A DNA stretch of 63,376 nt from Candidatus Aerophobetes bacterium Ae_b3a (GTDB taxonomy: Bacteria > Aerophobota > Aerophobia > Aerophobales > AE-B3A), in the NCBI GenBank assembly GCA_005223095.1, contig NJBQ01000003.1, positions 1-63,376 on the forward strand. Direction: 5' to 3'. The position numbers and the translations under genes are program-made. A model generated the notes under the pieces. That model saw nothing but the letters and a program-made list of their open reading frames with translations. It did no database searches and was not told where the DNA came from. Of this stretch, positions 1-8,724 are shown piece after piece (position 1 is the first letter of the stretch; every line of letters begins with the position of its first letter).

Positions 1-48
1 CAATCTCATAAGCTGATTTTTGGAAAGCCCTTAAGAGAGGTGATTTAG

Positions 49-459
49 GTGGTTCCCAAGAGGATTAGGAAGAGAGTGATAGAGAAAGGTGACTATCGCA
101 TCTATTTACAAAAAGCCCAGGAATTTTATGAGACAATGCATCAGGCTAAAGATAGAAATAATTGGAATGCTGTTGGTCTAAACGGGGTGCACTGTACAAT
201 TTCTTCCAATGGTGCTTTACTGGTTTTCTATGCTGGGATTCGTTCATCCAGTGAAGACCACAACGTAGCAGTTGAGTTATTATCCTCTTCGGTGAAATTT
301 CCTGAGGTGAAATCAAAAAGTCAAATTTTAAGAAGGATTCTAGCCAAGAAGAATTTAATTGAATACGAGAATAGAGATTTCACACAAAAGGAAGCTCTAG
401 GCATCATCAAATTAGTAGATCGCTTCTATCGATGGGTTAGGGAGAAACTGCGTGAATAA
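49..459 (+). CDS. HEPN domain protein (toxin-like)
   Basis: 136-aa ORF with GTG start. Carries an Rx4-6H motif (IRSSSEDH) typical of HEPN RNases. A 15-codon ORF tail (1..48) stops immediately before the start, so a partner gene may lie off the left edge. Confidence 0.55.
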   Translation: MVPKRIRKRVIEKGDYRIYLQKAQEFYETMHQAKDRNNWNAVGLNGVHCTISSNGALLVFYAGIRSSSEDHNVAVELLSSSVKFPEVKSKSQILRRILAKKNLIEYENRDFTQKEALGIIKLVDRFYRWVREKLRE

Positions 460-520
460 ATATTTTCATCCTCTTCCCCAAAACATCCAGAGCTACCTTT
501 TTGTGTTCAGGAGAAAGATG

Positions 521-946
521 GGCGTATCTTAGAGTCAACGAAATGAGGCTCTGCTGTGGAGGAGTGGATCTTGCCTGTGACGAAGTTGGAATACTGTATG
601 CGGGGATTTCAATATCCTCTTTTGCATTGATGAAAAAAGTTCTTCTCTATAAGTTGTCAAATTCCTGAGCTAGATTTTTGGGAATCAATCTTCTCTTCGC
701 CACCATTGTGGCACACGATAGCTATTCGAATTGTTACCCTGGCAGAACTGAGCAGAATGCTGGCCATGATCCAATACCGAAACTACCCAGGATCCAGTAA
801 TAAGTAAGCCCACCCTCTTGAGTCTGCACTAGAACTCCCCAAAAGATTGACAAGTCCTGAAATTTGGCCTAATATTGACCTGCTTGTGGGGCCATTGGGT
901 CTATGGCTCTGACTCAAAAGTGGTACAATTAATGGGGGCAGGTCAC
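521..946 (+). mobile_element. E1 non-coding element, copy 1 (left end truncated)
   Basis: Aligns along its length with 3793-4173; the 786-946 segment is near-identical. Ends in a 70-nt hairpin module (TGACCTGC...GCAGGTCA). The minus-strand ORF 783..1328 crossing it is not credible. Confidence 0.5.
847..875 (+). promoter_or_regulatory. sigma70-type promoter inside E1 copy 1, reading toward the SDR gene
   Basis: TTGACA (847-852), exactly 17 nt, TAATAT (870-875). The whole 29-nt module recurs at 4072-4100 and, with variants, at four other sites. Confidence 0.55.
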
Positions 947-1005
947 GCCACTGAAGAGAAAAACTAAAAGGAAAAAAACATATCTTTGCAGTGGAGGTTA
1001 TCAAA

Positions 1006-1890
1006 ATGATGAATAAGCAGACAATACTGATTACTGGAGCCACCGGTAACATTGGGGGAGGTGCTGCGGTCGCGCTGGCAAAACGTGGAGCTAGGGTTGT
1101 ATTACTCGGGCGCAGGCTCGAAACATTAGAAGCCAGGGCTGATTCTATCCGTGCCGCTCTATCTGAAGCCCGGATCGAGTACCAGGATACAGACATTGCC
1201 ACGCTGGTAGTCGACTTCTCTGATATGAAGTCTGTGAGGCTCGCGGCAGCCGAGGCTATGAACCGATTTCCGAAGATACATGGACTGATACTATCTGCTG
1301 TCGTCTTAAAACAAAATGGTCCGAACATCCTGCCCAGCGGTCATGAGTTGATGTTTGCTACAAACGTGATGGGGCCGTTTCTGTTCACCCAGCTGTTGTT
1401 AGAGAGGATGCAGCAATCAGACGGATTGGTCCTTCATGTGGTTGCACCACACCATAAAGAAATCGACTGGGATGATCTTGAAAGCATCAAAAATCACAAG
1501 ACAGGGACCGCATTCAACAGGACTAAGACATGCAACCGGGCGATCGCTGCAGAGCTGGCTCGACGATATGCTAGAAAGATCTCCTCTGTAGCATTCAATC
1601 CTTCCTTCATCATCGATAAAACAGATCCGGAGTTAAGGAAAAGGTGGCCATCCGGATTTATGGGTTTCTTCTGGAAGGTGATGACGGTACTTATTGCAAA
1701 GCCACCGGCGGTCGCAGGTGAGCCCCTTGCGGATCTGATGCTTTCGTATCGAGATAGTAGCGCAATCAATGGAGCCTTGTTCAAACTAGATAAACGCGTC
1801 GAAAAACCTGATAAGGCAATGAATGACGAGGTATTAGGAAAAAGGTTGTGGGATGAGTTGGTTCTACTAACAGGACTAACGGCTGAATGA
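1006..1890 (+). CDS. short-chain dehydrogenase/reductase (SDR) family oxidoreductase
   Basis: N-terminal Rossmann motif ILITGATGNIGGG. The ATG at 1006 lies 8 nt after GTGGAGG; the ORF track starts at the GTG at 991. Visibly GC-richer than its neighbours. Confidence 0.85.
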   Translation: MMNKQTILITGATGNIGGGAAVALAKRGARVVLLGRRLETLEARADSIRAALSEARIEYQDTDIATLVVDFSDMKSVRLAAAEAMNRFPKIHGLILSAVVLKQNGPNILPSGHELMFATNVMGPFLFTQLLLERMQQSDGLVLHVVAPHHKEIDWDDLESIKNHKTGTAFNRTKTCNRAIAAELARRYARKISSVAFNPSFIIDKTDPELRKRWPSGFMGFFWKVMTVLIAKPPAVAGEPLADLMLSYRDSSAINGALFKLDKRVEKPDKAMNDEVLGKRLWDELVLLTGLTAE

Positions 1891-2204
1891 AGCCCGATAG
1901 CATGTCTTCAGCTGCCGTCTCAATCATCGTCTTTCGGCCATGCGCGATACATGTGTTAATGCAAATATAAGCCAAGCATGGTACGCAAAAGTAGCTATCG
2001 TGTAATCGGTTCAGATTGTTTGACAAGATTGCAATAAGAAGAGCGGCGGCGCAGAGAAGAAGAAAAGGACCGGTTTACAGCACAGAACAGCGGCCATGCG
2101 GCTACGGCCGATAAAATCGGCCTCCGCCCAAATCCTCGCTCCGTTCGGACTTCGCATAGCCGCAAACGTTGTCTTTCATGCTAGATAAGAATTACTATTG
2201 AGGA

Positions 2205-2477
2205 ATGAAAATGGAAGAAGATGTGAAAATTATGATTGAGCAATTTGTAGATTACCTATTGCCCGAGTTAACTCCTCATGAGACCTCGCTCTATCTTTAT
2301 CTGTTACGTAATTCACTTGTAAGAAACGGTTCTGTTGAGGTGCGAGTCGGTAAAAGGACTATCGCAGCCGGATATGGAAAAGGGTCAAGAGGAGAAAAAA
2401 CAAATTATGCTCATGCGTCTAAAATTTTGAAAGGGCTTGAGCAAAAAGGATGTATCAAGGTTGGAGGCAGGTCATGA
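2205..2477 (+). CDS. hypothetical protein, possibly a truncated winged-helix fragment
   Basis: 90-aa ORF that ends abruptly and overlaps the leader of the next gene. No recognisable catalytic motif. Confidence 0.3.
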   Translation: MKMEEDVKIMIEQFVDYLLPELTPHETSLYLYLLRNSLVRNGSVEVRVGKRTIAAGYGKGSRGEKTNYAHASKILKGLEQKGCIKVGGRS

Positions 2478-2529
2478 GTACCCGGAGATAGAGATTTTTG
2501 TTCGAGAAAAGAAAGAAAAGGAGACCGCT

Positions 2530-3621
2530 ATGAAGACTCGCATCAGGTTCTTATTGATTGTGATTCTGTTCTCGTTAATCTCGCCAACTGTTGTGGCATG
2601 CACATCATTTATTCTTGATAATAATGGTTTTGCCGTATTTGGGGCCAACTTTGATAATCGAATTCATGAGGGTCTATTGTTCATCAACAAAAGGAATGTG
2701 GCCAAGACACTCTTGGACCCCGGTACAACTGGTGAGTATGCTGAGTGGACATCAAAGTACGGAAGTGTAACTTTCAATGTTGTGGGATACCAATTTGCCT
2801 ATGCAGGAATGAACGAGGCAGGGTTGGTAATCAGTACCATGGCTCTGGACATAACTGAAAATCCTGCCCCTGATGAAAGAGCTCCCCTTGAAACAGCAAT
2901 TTGGGTCCAATATCAACTAGATAATGCAAGTACCACCCAAGAGGTTATTGCCAGTGATTCAGTGGTGAGGATTGCTAACACTACCGACCATTATTTGGTA
3001 TCTGACAAAACGGGAAGCTCGGCAGCGATTGAGTTTATTGAGGGTAAAATGGTTGTTCATACCGATGAAGCCATGCCGGTAAAAGCCCTGACCAATAACA
3101 CCTATGAAGAATCCGTTAGTTCATGGGAAAAGAGCAGATGGTGGATGTTCTGGAGGCTCCTGGAGAAGCGTTTTTGGAAGTCCTCGCTCATCCGCTTTGA
3201 AACAGCAGCAGACAGGGTGAGGAGTTTTAACGACAATGGCAAAGACAAAGCAGTCGAGTATGCTTTTGATACTCTAAAAAAGACATGTGATGACGCAGAG
3301 AGCAATCCTACTCAATGGAGCATGGTCTTTGATACAGAGAACCTGAAAATCCACTTTCACACAAGAACCAATCCAGAAGTTCGGTCCATAACTCTCACCA
3401 TGCTTGATTTTTCCTGCACCACGCCTGTAGGAATGCTCGACATTCACCAGGATCTCTCCGGTGATATTTCCAATGATTTCATGCCTTACTCACCTGAGGT
3501 GAATCTCAACCATTTTCTTCGTTTCTTTGAGGAATACGGACTGGTAGATATTTCTCCCGAGGAGACAAAGGAACTCACAGAGCATCTGGAGAGCTTTGAA
3601 TGTAGCGAATTGAAGGAATGA
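2530..3621 (+). CDS. choloylglycine hydrolase / linear amide C-N hydrolase family (Ntn hydrolase), secreted
   Basis: Signal peptide followed by VVA|CTSFIL, i.e. an N-terminal nucleophile Cys after cleavage. Start moved to the ATG at 2530 (MKTRIRFLL). Confidence 0.7.
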   Translation: MKTRIRFLLIVILFSLISPTVVACTSFILDNNGFAVFGANFDNRIHEGLLFINKRNVAKTLLDPGTTGEYAEWTSKYGSVTFNVVGYQFAYAGMNEAGLVISTMALDITENPAPDERAPLETAIWVQYQLDNASTTQEVIASDSVVRIANTTDHYLVSDKTGSSAAIEFIEGKMVVHTDEAMPVKALTNNTYEESVSSWEKSRWWMFWRLLEKRFWKSSLIRFETAADRVRSFNDNGKDKAVEYAFDTLKKTCDDAESNPTQWSMVFDTENLKIHFHTRTNPEVRSITLTMLDFSCTTPVGMLDIHQDLSGDISNDFMPYSPEVNLNHFLRFFEEYGLVDISPEETKELTEHLESFECSELKE

Positions 3622-3738
3622 CCCCGTAGTCACAAGCTGGACGCGCTGCTAGAGAGAATAGTAATAGAATGGATGACCTCGCTTTCTTTCCTACCCAAAG
3701 TAATGCAGCTCACGAACCAGTTATTTGTCGCCACTGAT

Positions 3739-4173
3739 TGACCTGCCCTCATTGATAATAGCACTTTTTAAGTTGGAGTTATGGGGATAATGGTCTGTTG
3801 TGGCTAAGTGACTGTTGGCTGTAATGAAGTTGGCATAGTGTATACGGGGATTTCAACATCCTCTTTAGCATTCAGAAAAAAAGTTCTAATGTCGTCCTGC
3901 CAGGTGCACCAACGTCTAAAACGCTTTTGTGGAAGTCATTTCACGTCTATTCTGATTGTTACCCTGGGAGGACTGAGCGGAATGGTAGTCGTGAACCTAT
4001 ATAGGAACCAGCGGGGATCCAGTAATAAGTAAGCCCGTCCTCTTGAGTCTGCACTCAAACTCCGCAAAAGATTGACAAGTCCTGAAATTTGGCCTAATAT
4101 TGACCTGCTTGCGGGGCCATTGGGTCTATTGCTCTGACTCAATAAGTGGTACAATATTAATGGGGCAGGTCAT
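3739..4173 (+). mobile_element. E1 non-coding element, copy 2 (most complete, both ends present)
   Basis: Left end 3739-3793 is an imperfect inverted copy of right end 4101-4173. The interior aligns with 549-946. No credible ORF. Confidence 0.55.
4072..4100 (+). promoter_or_regulatory. sigma70-type promoter inside E1 copy 2, reading toward the DUF4386 gene
   Basis: TTGACA (4072-4077), 17 nt, TAATAT (4095-4100). Identical to the 847-875 module. Confidence 0.55.
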
Positions 4174-4355
4174 TGTTTTAATCTCGCTGTTTTAGCCGTA
4201 TAAGAACAATTACTATATACAATCGTAATCTGCAATTAAGAAAAGTGAAACTATATTGCAACTAATCCAAATATAAAGTATCATGTATAAGGAAAAAGTG
4301 TTGCATGATAACTGTACGGGACAATTTAAATAGTTAAAAAGAGGAGGAAGAAAAA

Positions 4356-5063
4356 ATGAATTCAAACAAAAAGACCGCAAGAATTGTAGGAGCATTGTTT
4401 ATAATGGCGCTTGTTCTGTTTTTGATAGGAAAAGCTTTCTACGAACCAATTATAAGTTCTCCAGATTACCTGGATAATACTTATCCAAATAGAGTAGTTG
4501 TGATAATTGGAATACTGCTTGAGTTTATATCTGCTCTTGCAGTGGTTCTCATACCAGTACTCTTATTTCCCATCTTAAAAAAACACAATGAAGTCTTAGC
4601 CCTGGGCTATGTCAGTTTCAGATTGTTTGAGGCTGTGCTCTTAAGTTTTGCCCAAATCTATAAGCTGTCACTGGTTAAATTAAGTCAGGATTATTTAAAT
4701 AAAGGTGGGGTGGATGCTTCATATTTTCAAAACATAGGCAGCTCAATTCAATCAGTAATTTATTGGATCGATCATGCTGGATTGATTTATCTTATCGTTT
4801 TCGCCATAGGAGCTTTGATACTTTATTCTGCATTATACAAATCAAAACTCATTCCACGATGGTTATCAATCTGGGGTCTCATTGGTGCTGTAGCTATTTT
4901 AACTGGTTCTGTAATGGCTACATTTGACATCTCTCTAGTATTAGCAATGTTATTAATCATACCAATTGCCTTGCAAGAACAAGCTATGGCAATTTGGTTC
5001 ATTGTTAAAGGATTTAATCCATCTGCAATTGCTTCCGTGTCTGCCAAAACAGATATAAATTAA
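4356..5063 (+). CDS. integral membrane protein, DUF4386-like
   Basis: 235 aa with several hydrophobic helices. Strong RBS (GAGGAGGAAG) before the ATG. AT-rich relative to the flanking cassettes. Confidence 0.55.
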   Translation: MNSNKKTARIVGALFIMALVLFLIGKAFYEPIISSPDYLDNTYPNRVVVIIGILLEFISALAVVLIPVLLFPILKKHNEVLALGYVSFRLFEAVLLSFAQIYKLSLVKLSQDYLNKGGVDASYFQNIGSSIQSVIYWIDHAGLIYLIVFAIGALILYSALYKSKLIPRWLSIWGLIGAVAILTGSVMATFDISLVLAMLLIIPIALQEQAMAIWFIVKGFNPSAIASVSAKTDIN

Positions 5064-5171
5064 GATAAGATGAGCAGATCTAAAATAAGGAAGGATACAC
5101 AAATAAAAACGATTTACTCGTGTTCCTATTATTAGTGTTCTCATATTATTCTTACCTTTCTATTTAACGTT

Positions 5172-5201
5172 GGGGATCACGCGCGGCTGAAAGCCGTCCC
5201 C
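5172..5201. terminator. GC-rich hairpin between convergent genes
   Basis: GGGGA-tcacgcg-CGGCT-gaa-AGCCG-TCCCC. Lies between the stop codons of 4356..5063 (+) and 5235..6224 (-). Confidence 0.4.
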
Positions 5202-5234
5202 TGCATCCGCCTTGTTATGTGGTCGTTTGTTGGC

Positions 5235-6224
5235 TTATGATACCTTCTCGTTCGTCCCCCGAAAAATTCTTCTAGAGAGTCTGGCATACCGCGTCGCACT
5301 TTGAATTTGGACGATATAGGCGAGTGCGACAAGTAACCCGATCTCTGCGCCCTGGTCTTTGAAGGCGGTTATCGCCAGAACGAGAGTGATGGACAAGCTT
5401 CGTAATGCGGTCCCATACACGAGGGCAATCGCATCCTCGCGAGACAAGCAGAATTTTCCGACAAAGCTGGCAACAAGATATGTGAGCAGATAGAAGAGGA
5501 TGAGAGGCACGGCCATTCGGATGATGAGGGCTGGAGACTTGACAAGCGTCTGCGCCTTTACCGCGATCGCGACAAAGATTATGCCGATCAATCCCCAGGT
5601 TGAACCTGCGGGAAGGAGCGGCTTGATCCTGGTGGTAAAGATCTGTTTACCAACGTGCTTGAGCAAAAGAACGCGTGTCAGTTGCCCAAGGAGCAATGGA
5701 AGAAACACAATCAGCAGGATGGCTTGTCCTACCTACGAAAATGGGATCGCGACGGTTTTCCCCATTAGCACCTTTAGGTACAGTGGCGCACAGAGGGTCC
5801 CTAATAGGAGCCCAATGACCGTCATCTTGACGGCCGCCTGAATGTTTCCCCGGGCCAATCCTGTCCATGAAATCGTCATCCCGCCACTCGTGGGGAGAAG
5901 AGCGACCAGTAAGAAGCCCAGTACCAAAGATGGGTGCTGGTGAAAGAAAAGCAGACTCACGCCATACCCAATGAACGGAATGATGGCAAAATTCACGATT
6001 TGTGTCACGAGTAACACCCTGGTATCCGTCAGAGTAACGACGCTTCTCAAGGGCAATCCGATCATCATGGGATACACGATGAGGATCGTGAACGGAATGG
6101 TCCACTGTTTCAAGACACTGAGATCCCAGGCATAGCCTGCCACAATGGCGAGAACGACGGTCAGTGGAATCACGAAGAGAAGATGCTGTTTGAGGAAAAG
6201 AGAGAGTCTCCACAGGTATTTCAT
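5235..6224 (-). pseudogene. bile acid:sodium symporter (BASS/ACR3-like) family transporter interrupted by one in-frame TAG
   Basis: ORFs 5733..6224 and 5235..5708 are in the same frame, separated only by a TAG at 5733-5735. The hydrophobic helix sequence continues straight across it (..AIPFS*VGQAILLIVFLPLLL..). Combined length of about 329 aa is typical for the family. Confidence 0.6.
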
Positions 6225-6462
6225 GTCACGTTCTTTCTGCGTCTCTGAATTGGCATAAAATCCTACGGATCATCTCGTAGATAATGGGAGCATGAGGTGT
6301 TATTATACAGAACTCCACAATATCAAAATTTATCAACATATCAAGGTGAATTATCTGAGATTTAATCATATTACTTTTCAATAAGACCTTACAAGATGAT
6401 AAAATTCTATACGATAAGGAGACATACAGAATTCCGTATAATCATTGAGTTTCATATCAGCT

Positions 6463-6702
6463 GACTCACCCCCATTAGTAGTATCACTTGTTAAGTTGGA
6501 GTCAATGGAATAATAACCTCGGGAGGATGTGGCCGGTAGTTCGAGGAACTGTGCGGTCGTGTTATCACAAACCAGCTAGATTGACATGTGCTGGGATTTG
6601 TCTTGGGGTGTTCTAACCCCGTGTGAGACTGGAATGTCGTAGATTGGGATCTCTATATTTTCTTCGAAAAAAGTTCGAACAACGTCCGGCCAGGCGCACC
6701 AG
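6463..6702 (+). repeat. E1 element, truncated copy (left end and part of interior)
   Basis: 6463-6539 matches the E1 end module (GACTCACCCCCATTAGTAGTATCACTT..). 6581-6601 is a TTGACATGTGCTGGGATTTG variant of the promoter module. 6640-6702 matches 3850-3915 of copy 2. Confidence 0.45.
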
Positions 6703-6726
6703 TATTATTCCTTCCATTTGTCCCTT

Positions 6727-6765
6727 CCCCTCACCTTAATCCTCTCCCCTTGGGGGAGAGGAAAA
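6727..6765 (+). repeat. short conserved hairpin repeat (CCCCTCACCTTAATCCTCTCCCC-ttg-GGGGAGAGG)
   Basis: 9-bp stem at 6741-6749 / 6753-6761. A near-identical copy lies at 37573-37610. Both are upstream of plus-strand genes. Confidence 0.5.
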
Positions 6766-6855
6766 ATGGAACATTTCTCTTTTTTTTTCGTCTAATGTAA
6801 TAAAGATTAAGGCGAAAATTACCACTAAATATTAGTTTTAGTTAGGGAGGTGAAG

Positions 6856-7395
6856 ATGAAGAGAAAGTGGCTGATAGTATTGATGGGAGGATTAGTGCTG
6901 GTAGGCATAGTAGCTTCCGGGGCATTGGCCAGTCAAAGAGTAGATGTTAAGTTCAATGGGAAGAGAGTCAGGGCCCATATTCATCCGGAAAAAGACAAAC
7001 GTGAGATAAAGGTTATGCTTCGCAAAGAGAGCAAGGTGGAAGCAGCCGGGGTGTTGTCCGATTTGGATTTAACTACAGAGCAGCAAGAAGGACTAGACAA
7101 ACTACAAGTTGCTTTTCAAAAGGATATTCTTGAACTACGCTTGCAATTGGAGGAAAAGCAGCTTGAGCTCAAGAGACTACTCTTGAAAGATTCCCCTGTT
7201 CAGGAAGAAATCGAGGTTCTGGTGGATGAAATGGGAACTGTCTGGGCTGAGATTCAGAAAAAGAGTATTAGTTTTAAAATGAACCTGGAAGACATATTGA
7301 CCGAGGAGCAATTAGTTAAATTACGCAGAAGAGAAGGCACAAGGTTCAGGGCAGAGATAATGAGAAAAAATAGAGTCTTTTGTCGTTTCCGGTAA
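6856..7395 (+). CDS. periplasmic Spy/CpxP-family (LTxxQ-type) stress protein
   Basis: Signal peptide, then a coiled-coil region with LTTEQQ and LTEEQ motifs. The ATG at 6856 lies 5 nt after AGGGAGG. Confidence 0.6.
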   Translation: MKRKWLIVLMGGLVLVGIVASGALASQRVDVKFNGKRVRAHIHPEKDKREIKVMLRKESKVEAAGVLSDLDLTTEQQEGLDKLQVAFQKDILELRLQLEEKQLELKRLLLKDSPVQEEIEVLVDEMGTVWAEIQKKSISFKMNLEDILTEEQLVKLRRREGTRFRAEIMRKNRVFCRFR

Positions 7396-7490
7396 AACGA
7401 AAATTTAGTTAATAGGGAAGAGGAATCATTAAGATTGAGTATTCTCAGAGGAAGAAGATTCCTCTTCCTTTATCCTATAGAAGTGATATA

Positions 7491-8156
7491 ATGGAAACAG
7501 CAAGTTCATTCTGTAGTGGGTTAGAGTTGAAATCTTTGGAAACTATTGGGGATATGTGTATTAATAGACCTGAAGTAATGCATTCGGATGAAGAATTAGT
7601 GGAAAGGTTTGTAGGTGGAGAGACTGATAGTTTTCCGATGCTGGTGGAAAGATATGAAGCGCGAGTATACAGTATAGTTTATGGAATAATGGGAAGCAGG
7701 AATGAAGCCGAGGACCTTAGCCAGGAAGTATTTATTAAAGTATACGAGAATCTTGGCCATTTTAAGGGAAAAAGCAAGTTCTATACCTGGATTTATCGTA
7801 TCACAGTAAATGTTTGCCTTAGCGCCCAAAGAAAAAAGAGTCAGTCAAACCGCATTATCTCTATGAGCAGGCTTTCTGGGGTGAGTGCTAATCCGGGGGA
7901 AGTAGAGTTGGCTGATGAGACTTTTTCTCCCCAGAAGGTACTTAAAGATAGGGAGCTTGCTTCAAAGATCCAATCGGCTATTAGTTCTCTTCCCAGGATT
8001 CTCAGGATTACTTTTATTTTACGAGAATTTGAGGATTTGTCTTACCGGGAATTAGCCAGGATTTTTCGCTGTTCTATGGGTACAGTAAAATCGAGGCTTT
8101 CTCGGGCACGGGAAAATCTGCGTCAGACACTTAGGCCCTATTTAGAGGAATCTTGA
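7491..8156 (+). CDS. ECF (sigma-70 family, RpoE-like) RNA polymerase sigma factor
   Basis: Region 2 (EDLSQEVFIKVY...YTWIYRITVN) and region 4 (YRELARIFRCSMGTVKSRLSRAR) are present. The true start may be an internal Met (7554 or 7578). Confidence 0.85.
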   Translation: METASSFCSGLELKSLETIGDMCINRPEVMHSDEELVERFVGGETDSFPMLVERYEARVYSIVYGIMGSRNEAEDLSQEVFIKVYENLGHFKGKSKFYTWIYRITVNVCLSAQRKKSQSNRIISMSRLSGVSANPGEVELADETFSPQKVLKDRELASKIQSAISSLPRILRITFILREFEDLSYRELARIFRCSMGTVKSRLSRARENLRQTLRPYLEES

Positions 8157-8250
8157 AACTGGTGATGCGTCGTGTGTGATACGTATTGCGCAATACGATA
8201 TAGGCAATATGAGATTGTCCTGAGGTAATTTTTGGATTAGGGAGGAAAAG

Positions 8251-8724
8251 ATGGTTTGCAAAAAGATAAGGAAAGAGCTTTCTTCTTACCTGGATAATGA
8301 GCTGAGCTTGAATAAAAGAGTGAAGATAGAAAAGCATCTCAAGAGATGCACCAATTGCTCTTATCGACTTGAGCAACTTAAGAAAATCCATACTCTAACG
8401 CAGAAGGCTCTTGGCAGGGAACCCAAGCAAGGATTTTATGAACGCCTGTTTCCTCGACTTGAGGAAGGTGAAAAGAGGGTAGGATTAAAGGAAAAATTAT
8501 TTGAATGGAGATATAATTGGCGATTATCTCTATCACCTGTGGGGAAGATGGCTGTTACTATAAGTGTTTTAGCGATTATTTCTCTTTCTCTTTTATATAT
8601 CTGGCGTTCTGTTTCTTTGCCTGAGATTAACATTGAAGTTTTCCAACAGGAATACGTACGTTACAATGGAATGAGTTCTTTTGCCGAAGAGCTAGCTTTA
8701 CCTGTAATTCTGGAGATAAAATGA
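8251..8724 (+). CDS. anti-sigma factor, zf-HC2 type, single-pass membrane protein
   Basis: H-x3-C-x2-C motif (HLKRCTNC) near the N-terminus plus one TM helix. Lies directly after the ECF sigma gene. Confidence 0.6.
   Translation: MVCKKIRKELSSYLDNELSLNKRVKIEKHLKRCTNCSYRLEQLKKIHTLTQKALGREPKQGFYERLFPRLEEGEKRVGLKEKLFEWRYNWRLSLSPVGKMAVTISVLAIISLSLLYIWRSVSLPEINIEVFQQEYVRYNGMSSFAEELALPVILEIK

Noticed and set aside
783-1328. 181-aa minus-strand ORF covering E1 copy 1 and the 5' part of the SDR gene. A similar 72-aa ORF lies at 3936..4154.
   Set aside because: The apparent conservation at the amino-acid level only reflects near-identical nucleotide repeats. The ORF is antisense to a well-supported SDR gene and has no RBS or recognisable motif.
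5733-5735. Reassignment of TAG (pyrrolysine or another recoding) to explain the in-frame stop in the BASS transporter.
   Set aside because: TAG terminates other well-supported genes in the window, such as 18130..19209 and nikR, at positions consistent with full-length products. No pyl genes are seen.
1-6800. Classical integron cassette array (also considered for 44500-49800).
   Set aside because: No intact integron integrase is present. The cassettes are not all co-oriented. Several carry their own promoter, which is atypical for integron cassettes. The candidate attC-like patches only approximate the RYYYAAC / GTTRRRY cores. The idea is kept only as a low-interest item to test with a covariance model.
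6230-6850. tRNA, tmRNA, RNase P, SRP RNA or a riboswitch in the long intergenic regions. Also checked: 17899-18129, 33744-34020, 41409-41696, 47095-47717, 49434-49810, 52391-52783 and 60169-60497.
   Set aside because: I could find no cloverleaf-compatible T-arm or acceptor sequences, and none of the conserved cores of the common structured RNAs. These regions are instead occupied by the repeat families described above. A covariance-model scan is still advisable.
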